DNA of 64,000 nucleotides from Clostridiales bacterium (GTDB lineage Bacteria; Bacillota; Clostridia; Acetivibrionales; RGIG10202): NCBI GenBank assembly GCA_017961515.1, contig JAGCXC010000092.1, positions 15,626 to 79,625 of the forward strand, read 5' to 3'. Shown piece by piece: positions 62,597 to 64,000 of this stretch (position 1 is its first letter; each line of letters starts with the position of its first letter). The notes under the pieces were generated by a model. It saw only the letters and a program-made list of their open reading frames with translations, ran no database searches and was not told where the DNA came from. The position numbers and the translations under genes were made by a program.

Positions 62597-62628
62597 AGAT
62601 GCTATGTGAAACTTACCACATAGCATCT
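62597..62628 (-). other. perfect 12-bp stem-loop between htrA and the glgA-like gene
   Basis: AGATGCTATGTG-N8-CACATAGCATCT, starting 6 nt after the htrA stop. There is no U-tract on the minus strand. Confidence 0.5.
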
Positions 62629-62634
62629 ATTTTA

Positions 62635-63969
62635 CTACGAACTCGTACCTACATCTTCTCCTAACTTCACTCTCACAGTCTTTGCTTTTCCATCTTTTGT
62701 TTTATATATCTTAAGCGTCACCTCATCCCCCGCTTTATATTTTTCTTTCTGAGCATTCAATTCATTAATATTCTTAACTGCTACTCCATTAAATTCTGTA
62801 ATTACATCTCCCACTTCGACACCAGCTTTGTAGGCTGCGCTCAATAAATCTACACTATAAACATAAACCCCTGCTGGCATACCATATCTTTTTGCTAAAG
62901 ACTCTGTGTACCTTGGATCAATTGTTATACCAAGCAATGGTCTTCCCTTAACATACTTATATTCAACTAAGTTGTCTGCTATCTCCTTTGCAGTATTAGA
63001 TGGAACTGCAAAACTTAGTCCTTCTATTCCTGAGTCCACAAGTTTTAGAGTATTTATTCCTATCACTTCGCCCTTTGAATTAACAAGCGCTCCTCCACTA
63101 TTACCTGAATTGATTGCTGCATCTGTTTGTATCAACTTAAATTGTCTTCCATCTTCGCTCTGAATTGTCCTATTAAGTCCGCTTATTATTCCCGATGTAA
63201 CAGTTCCCATAAACTCTATACTATACGGATTACCTATCGCAACAGCAATCTCTCCTACTCTTAATTCATCTGAATTACCAAAAGTTGCAGCTACAAGCCC
63301 TGTCTTTTCTATTTTTATAACGGCCAAATCTGTCTTGGAATCTCTTCCTATAACCTTTGCTTCATAAGTTTTATTATCACTCGACGAGGGCAATATAACC
63401 TCTATCTTACAGCCCTTCGCCAAGTTATTCGTATTGCTTTCTAACGCACTTTCTATAACATGATTGTTAGTTAAAATGTATCCATCTTCTCTAAAAACTA
63501 TTCCTGATCCATGACCTTTAGCTTCCGTAATACCAAATAAAAAATCTCTCGTAAGAATTGTCTCTTTTATACATACAATAGACGGGCTAACCTTTTCGGC
63601 TATCTCAGCTACTAGCTCATCTGATTTATTTTCTATTGTAACCATCTTATGCGTTGTAAATACTTCCTTAGACTTTGAGTCAATACTACCATTATTAAAA
63701 TATGATACCACAAGCAAAAATCCACCACAAACACTGGCCGACACTAGCAAACTTACTAGCATTGAAATAATAATAGTCTTAAATATACTTTTTTCACTTT
63801 TCAATTTTATTTCATCTTCTTCCTTTTCTTCCTCAAATATATCTTCCTTTAAATCTTTAGCCCCTGACATATAGCTCATATAATCAAATTCACTACCATA
63901 TGAACAATGCTTTTTGAAATTTTCATCTTTCTCGTGTCCTTCATTAATATAACGGCTATTATCACCCAC
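62635..63969 (-). CDS. htrA: HtrA/DegP-family serine protease with a PDZ domain
   Basis: TM anchor, HGSGIV, TDLAVIK, GNSGGALVN and a C-terminal PDZ. The track start is GTG 63969 with AAGGA upstream. The frame stays open to position 64000, so the true start may lie outside the window. Confidence 0.88.
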   Translation of the reverse strand: MGDNSRYINEGHEKDENFKKHCSYGSEFDYMSYMSGAKDLKEDIFEEEKEEDEIKLKSEKSIFKTIIISMLVSLLVSASVCGGFLLVVSYFNNGSIDSKSKEVFTTHKMVTIENKSDELVAEIAEKVSPSIVCIKETILTRDFLFGITEAKGHGSGIVFREDGYILTNNHVIESALESNTNNLAKGCKIEVILPSSSDNKTYEAKVIGRDSKTDLAVIKIEKTGLVAATFGNSDELRVGEIAVAIGNPYSIEFMGTVTSGIISGLNRTIQSEDGRQFKLIQTDAAINSGNSGGALVNSKGEVIGINTLKLVDSGIEGLSFAVPSNTAKEIADNLVEYKYVKGRPLLGITIDPRYTESLAKRYGMPAGVYVYSVDLLSAAYKAGVEVGDVITEFNGVAVKNINELNAQKEKYKAGDEVTLKIYKTKDGKAKTVRVKLGEDVGTSS

Positions 63970-64000
63970 TACTACATCCTTTTCTTCTCTGCCATCATCT

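Noticed and set aside
1-64000. Searched for mobile elements, prophage genes, toxin-antitoxin pairs, restriction-modification or other known defence modules, rRNA and tRNA
   Set aside because: I recognised no transposase, integrase, recombinase, phage structural, nuclease/methylase or tRNA/rRNA signatures in any frame or intergenic region.

Overview
The window reads as chromosomal DNA from a low-GC, endospore-forming Firmicute (Clostridia-like). About 85% is coding, and most genes are on the minus strand. All calls rest on reading the sequence and ORF track by eye and on remembered family motifs; no searches, folds or GC statistics were run.

The recognisable backbone, left to right:
- gdpP (truncated at the left window edge), a MazG-like gene, a CYTH gene, rsmA, a yabE-like gene and spoIID
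- an NfnAB-like oxidoreductase pair, a DEAD-box helicase, comEA and a cytoplasmic type I pullulanase
- hup
- a long minus-strand run: spoIIIAA-AH, asp23-amaP-DUF2273, nusB, xseAB, ispA, ribD-E-BA-H and an aspartokinase-like gene
- udk, a Ca2+ P-type ATPase divergent from ytaF, an ABC-F ATPase, nth, a glgA-like gene and htrA

I added three calls that are missing from the ORF track: the edge-truncated gdpP, a 22-codon spoVM, and RBS-based start corrections for eleven genes.

I found no rRNA, tRNA, CRISPR array, transposase or integrase.

Accessory or odd content:
1. A GC-rich, helix-dense island of about 240 nt sits in the 917-nt gap upstream of the pullulanase gene. I could not assign it to any RNA family I know.
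2. Two adjacent ankyrin-repeat proteins are present, each with its own promoter and terminator. One has 11 exactly phased repeats and a polybasic, NLS-like tail.
3. An AT-rich plus-strand operon encodes an LtaS-like sulfatase, a PP-loop protein (MurL-like) and a MurD2-type ligase.
4. The GlgA homologue has its signature catalytic residues replaced.
5. The rib operon is fused to ispA with no room for an FMN riboswitch.
6. Several large orphan secreted or anchored proteins and a cysteine-run protein are present.
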